In this document: one piece after another, positions 49,025 to 59,654 of the stretch | Numbering within the stretch: the stretch's first letter is position 1 | How the letters are laid out: each line of letters begins with the position of its first letter | Position numbers and translations under genes: made by a program | Assembly: GCA_964361785.1 (NCBI GenBank) | Contig: CAYIBX010000002.1 | Coordinates: forward strand, 21,160-85,159 | Source of the DNA: an uncultured Gammaproteobacteria bacterium | GTDB lineage: Bacteria; Patescibacteriota; Microgenomatia; UBA10105; UBA927 | Length of the DNA stretch: 64,000 nucleotides | Reading direction: 5' to 3' | Notes under the pieces: generated by a model | What the model saw: the letters and a program-made list of their open reading frames with translations, nothing else | The model's database searches: none | What the model was told of the DNA's origin: nothing

Positions 49025-50662
49025 ATGAGAACTATGGTAAGAACATACATATGGAGTGTGTTGATTGTAGGGTTTTTGTTTTTTTCTCTGTCGTCGACGT
49101 TTTATGAATTGAAGCGATCAGGGGATTTGCAGCCGGATCGTCAGTTTGAACTCGTACATAATTTCCCAACGGATTATAATTTTTATCTTTCGCGCATTCG
49201 TGAAGGGTTAGAAGGCAACTGGACGAGTGTAGAGCGCTATACTTCAGAGTCCCACAGCGGGTCGTTTATTCACGAAATGTATATTCTGATGGGTCACGTG
49301 GGGACGTGGGTAAGGGTGCCGTGGCATAGGGCTGGGGATATTTATCATGTGGCACGGGTGGTTCTTTCCTTTACCTTGTTGGCGCTTATTGCAGAGTTTT
49401 GTAAGGAAAGTTTGGGAGGTAAGAGATATTGGGGCGTTTTGGGATTTATGTTGGCAGTGACTGCCTCATCATGGTCAAAGCTTGTATATGTAGACGGGGT
49501 AGCCAGATTTGGTGGCTACATGCCGTGGTGGTCTGTCATGGATAGTTTGCAGCGAATTACCTTTATCCCACATCTTTTGGCAGGACAGGCGCTTATCGTT
49601 TTTCTTATTATGACGCTTGCGACCAACAAGTTACTAAGATCCGGCAATAGTATCTTTTTGGGAATTTTGGCGTTTGTATTAGGGTTAGTGTTTCCGCCCG
49701 GACTTCTCTTTGTATATTGTGTGATGGGAGTGTATGCATTATTTCAAGGCAAGGGTATGTGGAAATTAGTCACACCATATATACTTGTTTTTCTTATTAG
49801 TGTGCCCTCTCTTGTGTATTTAGGGCTTATGACTCAGGTTTATCCGTGGAAGCGGTTAGTGGAGGTAGATACTATACGGCCGTTGCCTTTTGACTATATA
49901 GAATACGCAAAAGCTATAGGGCCTATGGGCCCCATAGGACTCATAGGACTTATATGGGCGCTTTTTCGGAAAGAAAAAGCTATGTATCCGGTAGTCGCGT
50001 GGGTGATTTCGTGGATAAGCCTCCTTTTCGTATTTAAGTTTGTCCCTGCGCAGAGTCCTTTGCGATTTTCTGAAATGATCCCGCATATTCCTCTAGGGAT
50101 TTTGAGTGCGTATTTATGTTATCAGATAGGTCACTTAGGTCGCCTAAGCTACCTAAGTAGCTTAATGAAGACAATGCCGATGGTCCTAATAGCTTTTGGG
50201 CTTTTCCATATGTATTCTTCGTTTCTTTGGCAGAAAGACTTCATAGATCATAAAATACGCGCTACGACTCCTCTGGTGCCTACAGGAAGTTATGTGATGT
50301 ACCCTTTAAAAGATTTCATCGCGGCCATAGTATTTATCCAAGATTCGACTTTAAGAGATGCTATCATTCTTTCAGAATCAACTGCAGGAAATTATATTCC
50401 TGTGTATAGCGGCAATCGTGTTTATTTGGGGCATGATAATACGGTCCGCTTTGAGTCAAAAAAAGAAGAAGCGAAGCAATTTTTTTCAGGTATTATGTCA
50501 GTCTCACAAGCGAAAGTCTGGCTTAACGAAAAGGGGATTTCGCGTGTATATTATGGCCCGCAAGAACAAGAAGATGCAGGGTTTAAAGACCTGAGCACTA
50601 AATACCCATTTTTAATCAATCGATACACTAATCCTCATGTGACGGTCTATTCTATGGAATAA
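49025..50662 (+). CDS. Polytopic membrane protein, paralog of 46111..47637 and 56446..58056 (putative GT-C-type glycosyltransferase). The track ORF starts at 48938 but overlaps the divergent rfbC-like gene
   Basis: The shared N-terminal motif is present (VHNFPTDYNFYLSRIREGLEGNWTSVERYTSE), along with many hydrophobic helices. It contains two in-frame copies of the 9-bp-periodic repeat (49922-49954 and 50126-50167). Confidence 0.5.
   Translation: MRTMVRTYIWSVLIVGFLFFSLSSTFYELKRSGDLQPDRQFELVHNFPTDYNFYLSRIREGLEGNWTSVERYTSESHSGSFIHEMYILMGHVGTWVRVPWHRAGDIYHVARVVLSFTLLALIAEFCKESLGGKRYWGVLGFMLAVTASSWSKLVYVDGVARFGGYMPWWSVMDSLQRITFIPHLLAGQALIVFLIMTLATNKLLRSGNSIFLGILAFVLGLVFPPGLLFVYCVMGVYALFQGKGMWKLVTPYILVFLISVPSLVYLGLMTQVYPWKRLVEVDTIRPLPFDYIEYAKAIGPMGPIGLIGLIWALFRKEKAMYPVVAWVISWISLLFVFKFVPAQSPLRFSEMIPHIPLGILSAYLCYQIGHLGRLSYLSSLMKTMPMVLIAFGLFHMYSSFLWQKDFIDHKIRATTPLVPTGSYVMYPLKDFIAAIVFIQDSTLRDAIILSESTAGNYIPVYSGNRVYLGHDNTVRFESKKEEAKQFFSGIMSVSQAKVWLNEKGISRVYYGPQEQEDAGFKDLSTKYPFLINRYTNPHVTVYSME
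49922..49954. repeat. In-frame palindromic repeat copy (CCTATGG-gcc-CCATAGG ACTCATAGGACTTATA) inside CDS 49025..50662, encoding IGPMGPIGLIGLI
   Basis: A 7-bp inverted repeat plus ATAGGACTY direct units, read directly from the sequence. Confidence 0.5.
50126..50167. repeat. In-frame 9-bp-periodic repeat copy (ATAGGTCAC TTAGGTCGCC TAAGCTACC TAAGTAGC TTAATG) inside CDS 49025..50662, encoding IGHLGRLSYLSSLM
   Basis: Consecutive 9-mers of TAGGTNNCC / TAAGNNNCC type. It contains the inner palindrome AAGCTAC-ctaa-GTAGCTT. Confidence 0.5.
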
Positions 50663-50664
50663 CT

Positions 50665-51417
50665 ATGTCACACACGTATCCATCATCTCTGTACACAACG
50701 ATTGCTTCTATAGAAGATGATCATTTTTGGTTTACGTCAAGAAACCGAATGATTGCTTCACTTATTCGTGCAAATATTAGAGAACCGTACACGACAAAGT
50801 CGTTTTTAGAGATAGGGTGTGGGACGGGTATAGTAATGGCCGTACTTGAAGGGCTAGGGTTTATCGCAACTGGACTTGATGTAAATACAAAAGCGCTATC
50901 ATATGCGGTCAAAAGAACGAAGGGCAAGCTGATTCGACAATCGATATTTGGATTTAAACCAAAGAAGTATTATGACATCGTTGGAGCGTTTGATGTGCTT
51001 GAGCATATACAAGATGATATGGGCTTTTTGCGCGCAAGTTATCATTTACTTTCTCCTGACGGTTATTTATTACTTACCGTTCCTGCAGGGATGCACTTGT
51101 GGTCGCCCGTTGATGTCGCTTCGGGTCATGTGCGACGGTATGCATATGAGGAACTTTCAACAAAGCTAAAAGAAGCAGGGTTTACGATACAAACCATACA
51201 GTATTGGAATTCGTTATTGCTGCCGGTATATAAACTATGGCATCAGAAGACGGGAGACAAAAAAGATGTCGTCGCGTCCCACCTTCAAAAAATGCCATAC
51301 GCCATAAACATGGTATTGAAGTGGATTTTTTTGGGAGAACTTTTTCTATCGCGATTCATACAATTCCCTAGAGGGGCAACCCTCGTTGTGTGTGCACGGA
51401 AAGGCAACGTGAAATGA
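50665..51417 (+). CDS. Class I SAM-dependent methyltransferase
   Basis: Motif I LEIGCGTGIV and a post-I acidic residue (GLDVN). Motif II/III region YDIVGAFDVLEHIQDD. About 250 aa. Confidence 0.75.
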   Translation: MSHTYPSSLYTTIASIEDDHFWFTSRNRMIASLIRANIREPYTTKSFLEIGCGTGIVMAVLEGLGFIATGLDVNTKALSYAVKRTKGKLIRQSIFGFKPKKYYDIVGAFDVLEHIQDDMGFLRASYHLLSPDGYLLLTVPAGMHLWSPVDVASGHVRRYAYEELSTKLKEAGFTIQTIQYWNSLLLPVYKLWHQKTGDKKDVVASHLQKMPYAINMVLKWIFLGELFLSRFIQFPRGATLVVCARKGNVK

Positions 51418-53435
51418 TAAAACACCGCGTTTTTATACTGGCAATCGTTGGATACTGTATCCTTGTTGGTCTTGTATTTGGCCGAGCGCTCACTCCATCT
51501 TACGGCATGATGATTTTTGGCGATGACATACACAGGCAATATTATTTTTACCGAGAGTTTTTTAATCATTGGATTTCACAGGGCGTCTTTCCATGGTGGA
51601 ATCCGTATCTATTCGGCGGAGAGCCATTCATCGCAAATCCTGTGGTAAATATATGGTATCCGCCGAATTGGTTGTTTTCTCTGTTGCCTCTAAACGTTGC
51701 ATATTCGTGGCATGTAGCACTTCACGTGTTTTGGGCGTGCCTTGGAATGTATCTCTTATTAATTCAAATTGGTCCGATAGGTCTTATACGGCCAATAAGA
51801 CCTATAAGCGCATTTGTAGGAGGATGTATTTTTGGATTGTCTGGATTTTTTATGGCGAGGACGTTTGCAGGACACGTGGATGTGATTGCTGCCGCAAGTT
51901 TTATGCCGTGGGTTGTGGGAGCGTTTTGGAGGCTTATTTCATTACCATTGATCAAATTACAGCGGCCGCAGAGTTTTGGTCAAGAGGGTGTGATAGCTAC
52001 ACTAGTATTTGCATTACAGCTTTTGGCAGGGTATCAGACGATGGCGTTTTTTACGGTCATAGCAGTTGGAATCATTGCGCTGATTTATGCAATACAGATA
52101 AAGAGTCTTATTCCTTTATTACGAGCGTGTCTGGCTGGTGCGTTGGGTGTCGCTCTTTCCGCTATACAAATTCTTCCGGCAGCAGAGTTTTTTGGGCGTA
52201 GTATCCGTACCTTTGAGTTTCCCTACAGTTGGCATTCGTATGGGTCGCTTGAGTGGAAAAGTTTATTACAATTTATTAATCCTTTTCAGTTTGGCAATCA
52301 GTATACGTACACTGGCCCGCCGCCAAATTTTATAGAACACAGTGCATTTTTGGGAGTAGGGGGGTTGATGCTGGCGATGATAGGAATCATAAGTCTGATA
52401 AGACATATGAGACCGATAAGGGGAGTATTTTTTGTGATTGCTTTTTTTGGTCTCTGGGTTTCGTTAGGACCAAACGCACCGATTGATTTACAGAAAATTC
52501 TTTGGCAATTTGTGCCGATGTATCACTATCTTCGGATTCCTCCTCGGCATCTTATTCTGGTCGTGTTTGGATTGGCTGGACTTGCGGGGATTGGATTTGA
52601 TAGGTTGCCTAAGTCACCTAGGGTACTTAGGTCACTTATAGTAGGAGTGATTGTGGCGGAAATGGTGGTGTTTGCACGAAATTTTATTGAACTTAAACCT
52701 ATTCCGGAAACGCGTCATGACAAAGAACTTATCGCATTGTTAAAAAAAGACACGCAGCCATATCGATTGCTGCAAAATTTTGGCGCATGGCTTCCTCAGC
52801 GTGACGGTTTAGATTTTGACGGTGTTATGGCGTATGGCATACATTCAGCGACAGGTTATGATCCGTCGATACTTCGGACTTATTACGAATTTATAGCTCT
52901 TGCTTCCGGCAAAAGTGGAGAGACAGCGGTACTTAATGCTGATGTTCAGGTGCCATATCTTTCCGCAAGTTCTGCAAGTGCTATTGATATGTTAAATATT
53001 AAATACCTTATGGTGCCCATTGCCTACGATCCATTCGCAAATAACAGTCGATACATACTGCGACGTGAAGACAAAAAACAAGAGTATCGACTTTACGAAA
53101 ATACGACCGTTTTTCCACGCTTTTATTACGCCCAAAAAGAGTGCGGCACGGCAAACGTGACCTCATATACACCCAATAGAATTGAATTAACCGTCGCATC
53201 TACGTGTGACGATACACTGCTTAGTTCTGAAAACTGGTATCTCGGATGGCACGCGACTATAGATGGGGAAGAAGTCACTATTGGTAAGCTGAATAATACT
53301 TTTCGAACACTTTTTGTTTTGAAAGGAAGGCATACAATTATTTTTGAATATAAGCCGATTATTTTTCTGTGGGGCGCTCTGATAAGTAGTATTGCGATAC
53401 TGTCGCTTGTATTTTTTTCACTCCGTAGACTGTGA
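51414..53435 (+). CDS. YfhO-like polytopic membrane protein (putative GT-C glycosyltransferase)
   Basis: N-terminal signature FGDDIHRQYYFYREFFNHWISQGVFPWWNPYLFGGEPFIANP is typical of the YfhO family. About 14 hydrophobic helices are followed by a C-terminal soluble domain and a final TM. The start ATG at 51414 overlaps the upstream stop in an ATGA arrangement (51414-51417), suggesting translational coupling. It contains three in-frame repeat copies. Confidence 0.55.
   Translation: MIKHRVFILAIVGYCILVGLVFGRALTPSYGMMIFGDDIHRQYYFYREFFNHWISQGVFPWWNPYLFGGEPFIANPVVNIWYPPNWLFSLLPLNVAYSWHVALHVFWACLGMYLLLIQIGPIGLIRPIRPISAFVGGCIFGLSGFFMARTFAGHVDVIAAASFMPWVVGAFWRLISLPLIKLQRPQSFGQEGVIATLVFALQLLAGYQTMAFFTVIAVGIIALIYAIQIKSLIPLLRACLAGALGVALSAIQILPAAEFFGRSIRTFEFPYSWHSYGSLEWKSLLQFINPFQFGNQYTYTGPPPNFIEHSAFLGVGGLMLAMIGIISLIRHMRPIRGVFFVIAFFGLWVSLGPNAPIDLQKILWQFVPMYHYLRIPPRHLILVVFGLAGLAGIGFDRLPKSPRVLRSLIVGVIVAEMVVFARNFIELKPIPETRHDKELIALLKKDTQPYRLLQNFGAWLPQRDGLDFDGVMAYGIHSATGYDPSILRTYYEFIALASGKSGETAVLNADVQVPYLSASSASAIDMLNIKYLMVPIAYDPFANNSRYILRREDKKQEYRLYENTTVFPRFYYAQKECGTANVTSYTPNRIELTVASTCDDTLLSSENWYLGWHATIDGEEVTIGKLNNTFRTLFVLKGRHTIIFEYKPIIFLWGALISSIAILSLVFFSLRRL
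51775..51807. repeat. In-frame palindromic repeat copy (ATAGGTCTTAT-acggcca-ATAAGACCTAT) inside CDS 51414..53435, encoding IGPIGLIRPIRPI
   Basis: A perfect 11-bp inverted repeat with a 7-bp spacer, total 33 bp (a multiple of 3), with no stop in the frame used. Confidence 0.55.
52380..52421. repeat. Degenerate in-frame repeat copy (ATAGGAATC ATAAGTCTG ATAAGACAT ATGAGACCG ATAAGG) inside CDS 51414..53435, encoding IGIISLIRHMRPIRG
   Basis: Five consecutive ATARGNNNN 9-mers sharing the ATAAGAC / ATAGG cores of the family. Confidence 0.45.
52599..52641. repeat. In-frame 9-bp-periodic repeat copy (GATAGGTTGCC TAAGTCACC TAGGGTAC TTAGGTCAC TTATAG) inside CDS 51414..53435, encoding DRLPKSPRVLRSLI
   Basis: TAAGTCACC / TTAGGTCAC units identical to those in the 41501 and 61721 copies. 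Confidence 0.5.
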
Positions 53436-54771
53436 TGATAATCATGAGAGGGTAATATGGAATAAGATACCGGGATTCCGTCATGGAAAGATAGGAAATT
53501 GGGACAAGATTTATAAGATACATGATGCTATAGAATCGAACGCGAGAGCGCTTATCTATAAGTGTAATGATTAGTGATGGCAAAAATAAGAATAGAAAAA
53601 TAGACGGCATGAACGTATCATAAAGCGTTCGGGATATTGATACATACGCATTCCATAGAGGATATGACGCGGTAGTTTTTATGATCGGCTGACAAAAGGT
53701 AATTGTCCCTAACGAATCACAATACAACGGTTGGACAGGATCAACAGCACCGAATGTTTGTACATTCTGCCACCACGGAGCGCGATGGGTGAGAGTTTTG
53801 ACAAAAATACGGATGCCGTTGAATACGTATTCCGCTGGGTGTGTTTTTATAGCTGCTAACCCTACGTTTCCCAATGCTGTATCTACTGCTTGCCAGTCTC
53901 TCTTTGTGTAGGGCAAGATATAATCTTGCAGGTCCCAATACTCTGCATATTTATCGGTAGAGTTGGGGACAAATCGGCGAAGTGCTATGACGGATGGATC
54001 GGATTTATTGGGATAGTAGTGGCCATCCCATACAAAATTTGTGTAAAATGGCATTTTTTTCGTATCAGAAAGCCCCCAGACTCCGGTGATTGCATGATTG
54101 GTAACAATCCAGAAAACGATAATGATGAGGCCGGTAATTACTGAGAATACTAATGGTTTTTTTGGGCTCGTATGCTTATAGAGTTGCCATAGCGCTATAA
54201 CGCCTGTCATAAGAAAAAGAATACTGAATTGATACTTAAGAAGTGTCATAATGGCAGAAAGAAGCAGTGCGTATGATAGTAGTGTGTTATCGCGGGTTTT
54301 GAAAAATTTAGTCATGAAAAATATGTAGGTAGCGACAGTAGTCTGGGCGGGTATTTCGGTCATCATAGAACTGGTATAGATAACGTTTGTTGGGAATATA
54401 AGAAAAAGAAAACTTAATAAAGCCGCAGTCTTTTCTGATACCACATCTTTTAGCAGGGCAAAAAGAAGAAGTGTTGTAGTCGCCATGAGAGTTAACTGGA
54501 TTATATGAAGAAGGATATCGCCACGCGCTAACGATCCGACAATCGATAAGAATACTCCATAGAGAGGAGGTGAAATAGTAGTGGGTTTACTATACACAAA
54601 CGGCGCGATAAAAGGATAGATACCGGTTTTGAAATATTGGCCAATGGCCCAGTAGAAATAGCCATCGATATTGGTATATATCCACAAAAACAGCATATGA
54701 AAAAGAAGATAAAAAATGCCAAGTGCCGCAAAGATTTTTATGAATTGGTGTGAAGATAAAGTGTGTTTCAT
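53359..54771 (-). CDS. GT39/GT83-like (ArnT/PMT family) membrane glycosyltransferase
   Basis: A polytopic protein with YSKPTTISPPLYG (KPPL-like motif of the ArnT/PMT family) and an N-terminal DGYFYWAIGQYF loop. There is a 4-nt gap to the upstream gene. Confidence 0.5.
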   Translation of the reverse strand: MKHTLSSHQFIKIFAALGIFYLLFHMLFLWIYTNIDGYFYWAIGQYFKTGIYPFIAPFVYSKPTTISPPLYGVFLSIVGSLARGDILLHIIQLTLMATTTLLLFALLKDVVSEKTAALLSFLFLIFPTNVIYTSSMMTEIPAQTTVATYIFFMTKFFKTRDNTLLSYALLLSAIMTLLKYQFSILFLMTGVIALWQLYKHTSPKKPLVFSVITGLIIIVFWIVTNHAITGVWGLSDTKKMPFYTNFVWDGHYYPNKSDPSVIALRRFVPNSTDKYAEYWDLQDYILPYTKRDWQAVDTALGNVGLAAIKTHPAEYVFNGIRIFVKTLTHRAPWWQNVQTFGAVDPVQPLYCDSLGTITFCQPIIKTTASYPLWNAYVSISRTLYDTFMPSIFLFLFLPSLIITLIDKRSRVRFYSIMYLINLVPISYLSMTESRYLIPYYPLMIIITVYGVKKIQATVSQYYLSERPTEK

Positions 54772-54775
54772 AGGA

Positions 54776-56404
54776 TTACCAATATTTTATAATGCAGGGG
54801 TCCTCACCCTTCCACCACGGCGTTTGGCGAGGTGTTTTATTATCCGTTCGGTTATCAAAGATCCAAACAAGTGGCGCGTTTTGTACTGTGATTGTTTTTG
54901 TCGGTGTGTGATGTAACAGGTATTCGTATGCATACGCAAAACGATAAAAGAATGATTGACGATTAAGAAGGATGACATAGTCTGAATCGTCGTACCCATA
55001 CGTATTGAGATTAGTCAGTAAATCTGGTCGCAAATATCGAGCGGCTACATCTGCTGCCATGACAATGTGTACTGTTGCGTTTATTGGGGCGTGATCGTTT
55101 ATCCATTCGACTGCATGTTTTTGTGATCCGCCCCAATAGTCGAGATCATACTTGCCAAAAGCCCCCTTGACGCCACCGACGAGCTCATTAAAGTAGGTAA
55201 TTTGAAATGGGTGATAAGAGTAAAGAGTAAAGAGAAAAGAGAAAAGAGTAGAAAAAATAAGAATAGGACCAATAAGACGAATTGGTCTTATATGATGTAT
55301 TTGTCGTATGACAACATCAAATCCTATTGCGGCGATTGCTGAAAGCGGGAAAAGCACTTCTTCAAAATGTCTGATGCCGTCAATAACCCCGATGTGGGGC
55401 AATAGATAGCGGGAAAGAGGGAGGAAGAGCCAGAGAAACAAAAGAATACCAATAGGTCTTATATGTCTTATAAGACCAATAAGTCCTATAAGGAATAATA
55501 ATAAAATTGGAATCGGCGTGGTGATACCTAAATACCAAAATGGGTAATACCATGGAACATTTGTTCCTGAGCAGTACCAAGTGCCGTTGAGAAGCACTTC
55601 TATGTTATTGGTGCCTATGGCAAACGTGCGGTAGGCGTGATCTAGCTGTGCGATAGGATTAGGCCAGAAAAACCACCAGAGAAGAAAAGCGGCAACGGGA
55701 GAGAGAAAGAAGTACCATAGCAAAGGCGTAGAGAAGCGTAGTAGGTTTCGTAGTTTAGTAAAAGAAAAATTTAAAAACAAGAGCCACGCTGCAAAAATTA
55801 CAGGGATAAAAATACTGTTAATTTTGACATTGAACGCCACGGCAAACCCCAGTGCCGCTAAAAGGAGGTCAGAGAGTCGTTTATATCTTACAAGTCGCCA
55901 TAATAGCCATATGTTGATCGCAAAAATAGCAGCTGAAGGCACATCTTTCATATTGTTATGCAGGTCGCTAAAAAATCGAGGCATGACACTTAAAAAGAAT
56001 GCAGCAAAGAGAGCGACACGTTTGTTTATCGCTTTCTTTAACAATCCATATAACGCGAGTATTCCTCCAATTCCCCAAAGAATGATGGGAAGATGGTATG
56101 CGCTATCTTGCGGGAGTATTTGTAAGAATTTATAGAGAAAAAGATAAGAGGCGACCGGAGGGATAGACATAAGCGGACCGTATGGCAAGCTCCACGCGTT
56201 TCTAGGATCCGGCTCAACGTACGGCAATATTCTTGGTTCTAGTTGTTGCCAAGAAAGCCCTAAGAGTTTTCCACCGCCGAAAAGGTGAAAGTGGAAGTCC
56301 CACGTGAGGCCATAGTCATTGATGATAAAAATGTGAACAGCAATAAGAACTGTAAAAATAACGAGAGCAGTATGCTTAGATATCCAGCGAGTAATTATAT
56401 TCAT
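54776..56404 (-). CDS. GT-C fold polytopic membrane protein (ArnT/PMT-like)
   Basis: The first-loop acidic/aromatic motif DYGLTWDFHFHLFGG is followed by more than 10 hydrophobic helices. It carries two in-frame repeat copies (55262-55295 and 55450-55491) and a purine-rich low-complexity stretch at 55200-55260. Confidence 0.5.
   Translation of the reverse strand: MNIITRWISKHTALVIFTVLIAVHIFIINDYGLTWDFHFHLFGGGKLLGLSWQQLEPRILPYVEPDPRNAWSLPYGPLMSIPPVASYLFLYKFLQILPQDSAYHLPIILWGIGGILALYGLLKKAINKRVALFAAFFLSVMPRFFSDLHNNMKDVPSAAIFAINIWLLWRLVRYKRLSDLLLAALGFAVAFNVKINSIFIPVIFAAWLLFLNFSFTKLRNLLRFSTPLLWYFFLSPVAAFLLWWFFWPNPIAQLDHAYRTFAIGTNNIEVLLNGTWYCSGTNVPWYYPFWYLGITTPIPILLLFLIGLIGLIRHIRPIGILLFLWLFLPLSRYLLPHIGVIDGIRHFEEVLFPLSAIAAIGFDVVIRQIHHIRPIRLIGPILIFSTLFSFLFTLYSYHPFQITYFNELVGGVKGAFGKYDLDYWGGSQKHAVEWINDHAPINATVHIVMAADVAARYLRPDLLTNLNTYGYDDSDYVILLNRQSFFYRFAYAYEYLLHHTPTKTITVQNAPLVWIFDNRTDNKTPRQTPWWKGEDPCIIKYW
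55262..55295. repeat. In-frame palindromic repeat copy (AATAGGACC AATAAGAC-gaattg-GTCTTATATG) inside CDS 54776..56404
   Basis: A 7-bp inverted repeat ATAAGAC / GTCTTAT flanked by an ATAGGACC unit. Confidence 0.45.
55450..55491. repeat. In-frame palindromic repeat copy (ATAGGTCTTAT ATGTCTTATAAGACC AATAAGTCCTATAAGG) inside CDS 54776..56404, encoding LIGLIRHIRPIGI on the minus strand
   Basis: Contains the 12-bp perfect palindrome GTCTTATAAGAC, the ATAGGTCTTAT arm and the ATAAGTCCTAT arm. Confidence 0.55.
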
Positions 56405-56445
56405 ATGTATGAATGTATTAGCATGTTACCATGCTAATACGTGTG

Positions 56446-58056
<1,611 letters not shown>

Positions 58057-58105
58057 AGGGACATTGTATGCAATTTTTTTGTATCATGACAGTATGGGAG
58101 AACAG

Positions 58106-59611
58106 ATGAGAACAAAGTTTCTTGAAAGGGTGGCCATGTTTGTTAGCCTTTTGGTTCTTGGTGCGTTGTTGTGGTATACGCTCCAGTTGGGATTAGTGCG
58201 ATACTTTGACGCGGATGAATTGGCATATCTTCACTGGGCGCACAACGTATTTATAGGAGAGCGGCCGTATTATGACTTTTTTTCTTACGTGCCCAGTGGT
58301 TTTATGTATGTTTTGGCTCCACTTTTTTTGTTTGTCAAAGGTGCAGAAATTTTGACTCTAGCACGATGGTTTGCATTTTTGGTAGAGCTTGGGATGGTTA
58401 TATGTCTTATAGTGATCTATAAAAATTGGCGCGGATCCTTTTTTGGGATAGTAGCCGCGATAGTTTTTTTGTTTCTCCCAATTCCTCAAGACAAATTGAT
58501 AGAAGTACGACCTGATAATCTGGCGATGCTTATTGGGCTTATGGGGCTTATAAGTCAAATAAGACTTATAGAATTTCAAAAACAACGGAGTGCGTTTTGG
58601 GCGGGATTGTTTTATGGATTGTCCCTTATTATTCTTCCAAAGACCTTGCCGCACGTTGTCTTTGCGGCAGCCATAACATTGTTGTGGTGGCGTGAGGATT
58701 GGAAAAATCGCTGGGTGTATGTACGTGAGTTTATTGTGGGCGGTATAACGCCGGTTGTTGTATTTGTGCTGTTTCAACTGGTCACTGCAAAAAGTATGGC
58801 CGAGCTTAGTACGCTTCTTTATTCACTGACAAAGCTCCCCTTTGAAGTAAATAGAATTGCAGAACAGTTTTTCATGCAACCAGATTTATTTTTTTATCCT
58901 AATAGTATCTATTATGGCGTAGGGGGCGTACATGCAGGGCTTATCGCAAATCATGCTCTTTGGCTTCTGGGACTCCTGTTTGGCGTGTATAGATTGTTTA
59001 CCCCATTTGTGCCCAATGGGAAAAAGGGGATGTTTACAGAACTTCTTCTCTCCGGATCATTCTTTATTTACGTGGCAACGTTTATACTCTGGTATCCTAT
59101 GCGGCACGCGCAGTACCTTATCCCCATTGCGCTTTTTGTGTCCCTCTACGTTGCGGACGGGATAGAACAGGCATGGAAAAAAGCGAAAACGCATACAGTA
59201 TACAAAGGAGTTTTTTGGGCATTCAGTGTTGTGAGCATAGTGTTTGGTTGGCAAATTTACCTCACGGTAACCATGCCAAAAATGGCCATGACAAACAGAG
59301 AAGACATGCGTGTCATTTACCAGAGTCAACACATGATACCAAAGGAAAGTTATGTGTTGGATTTTGTAGGATCAACGATATATTTTCGTGATCCGTATTA
59401 TGTCAGTGCGCTTCCGTTTGGACAGTACCCTTCATATCTTTCGCGACCATTGCCAACACTAAGCCGTATTCTTTCTCACACAAATACCCCGTATATCTAT
59501 GAAGGGAGATTGGATCGTATGCAGACGTTGTCCATAGAGGACCAAGTGTATATTCGTATGCATTATATTCCTTTAGAAGCTACACACTTTTGGAAAGCGA
59601 AAGGATTATAG
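58106..59611 (+). CDS. GT39/GT83-like (ArnT/PMT family) membrane glycosyltransferase. The track ORF begins at 58064, but the start at 58106 is supported by a Shine-Dalgarno-like sequence
   Basis: The DE-loop motif FDADELAYLHWAHNV is typical of PMT/ArnT-type GT-C enzymes. GGGAG at 58096-58100 sits 5 nt upstream of the ATG at 58106. A start at 58064 would lie only 7 nt from the divergent gene start at 58056. It contains an in-frame repeat at 58529-58571. Confidence 0.55.
   Translation: MRTKFLERVAMFVSLLVLGALLWYTLQLGLVRYFDADELAYLHWAHNVFIGERPYYDFFSYVPSGFMYVLAPLFLFVKGAEILTLARWFAFLVELGMVICLIVIYKNWRGSFFGIVAAIVFLFLPIPQDKLIEVRPDNLAMLIGLMGLISQIRLIEFQKQRSAFWAGLFYGLSLIILPKTLPHVVFAAAITLLWWREDWKNRWVYVREFIVGGITPVVVFVLFQLVTAKSMAELSTLLYSLTKLPFEVNRIAEQFFMQPDLFFYPNSIYYGVGGVHAGLIANHALWLLGLLFGVYRLFTPFVPNGKKGMFTELLLSGSFFIYVATFILWYPMRHAQYLIPIALFVSLYVADGIEQAWKKAKTHTVYKGVFWAFSVVSIVFGWQIYLTVTMPKMAMTNREDMRVIYQSQHMIPKESYVLDFVGSTIYFRDPYYVSALPFGQYPSYLSRPLPTLSRILSHTNTPYIYEGRLDRMQTLSIEDQVYIRMHYIPLEATHFWKAKGL
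58529..58571. repeat. In-frame repeat copy (CTTATTGGGCTTATGGGGCTTATAAGTC-aaat-AAGACTTATAG) inside CDS 58106..59611, encoding LIGLMGLISQIRLI
   Basis: Direct GGGCTTATG units plus the inverted repeat ATAAGTC / GACTTAT. Confidence 0.5.
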
Positions 59612-59654
59612 ATTCAATTGTCTAAATGGAGAAAACGTCGTATCATACCGTGTA

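Noticed and set aside
51569-52201. A 210-aa plus-strand ORF in an alternative frame inside the YfhO-like gene. Similar internal ORFs are 42766..43119, 49856..50086 and 55824..56135.
   Set aside because: They are fully nested in much longer ORFs that have clear membrane-protein character. Their translations are Cys/Arg-rich nonsense typical of off-frame reading.
55200-55260. Purine-rich low-complexity stretch (AGAGTAAAGAGTAAAGAGAAAAGAGAAAAGAGTAG) as a regulatory element.
   Set aside because: It lies inside CDS 54776..56404 and is translated in frame as a hydrophobic F/L/S-rich membrane segment. This is more likely simple-sequence expansion than a regulatory site.
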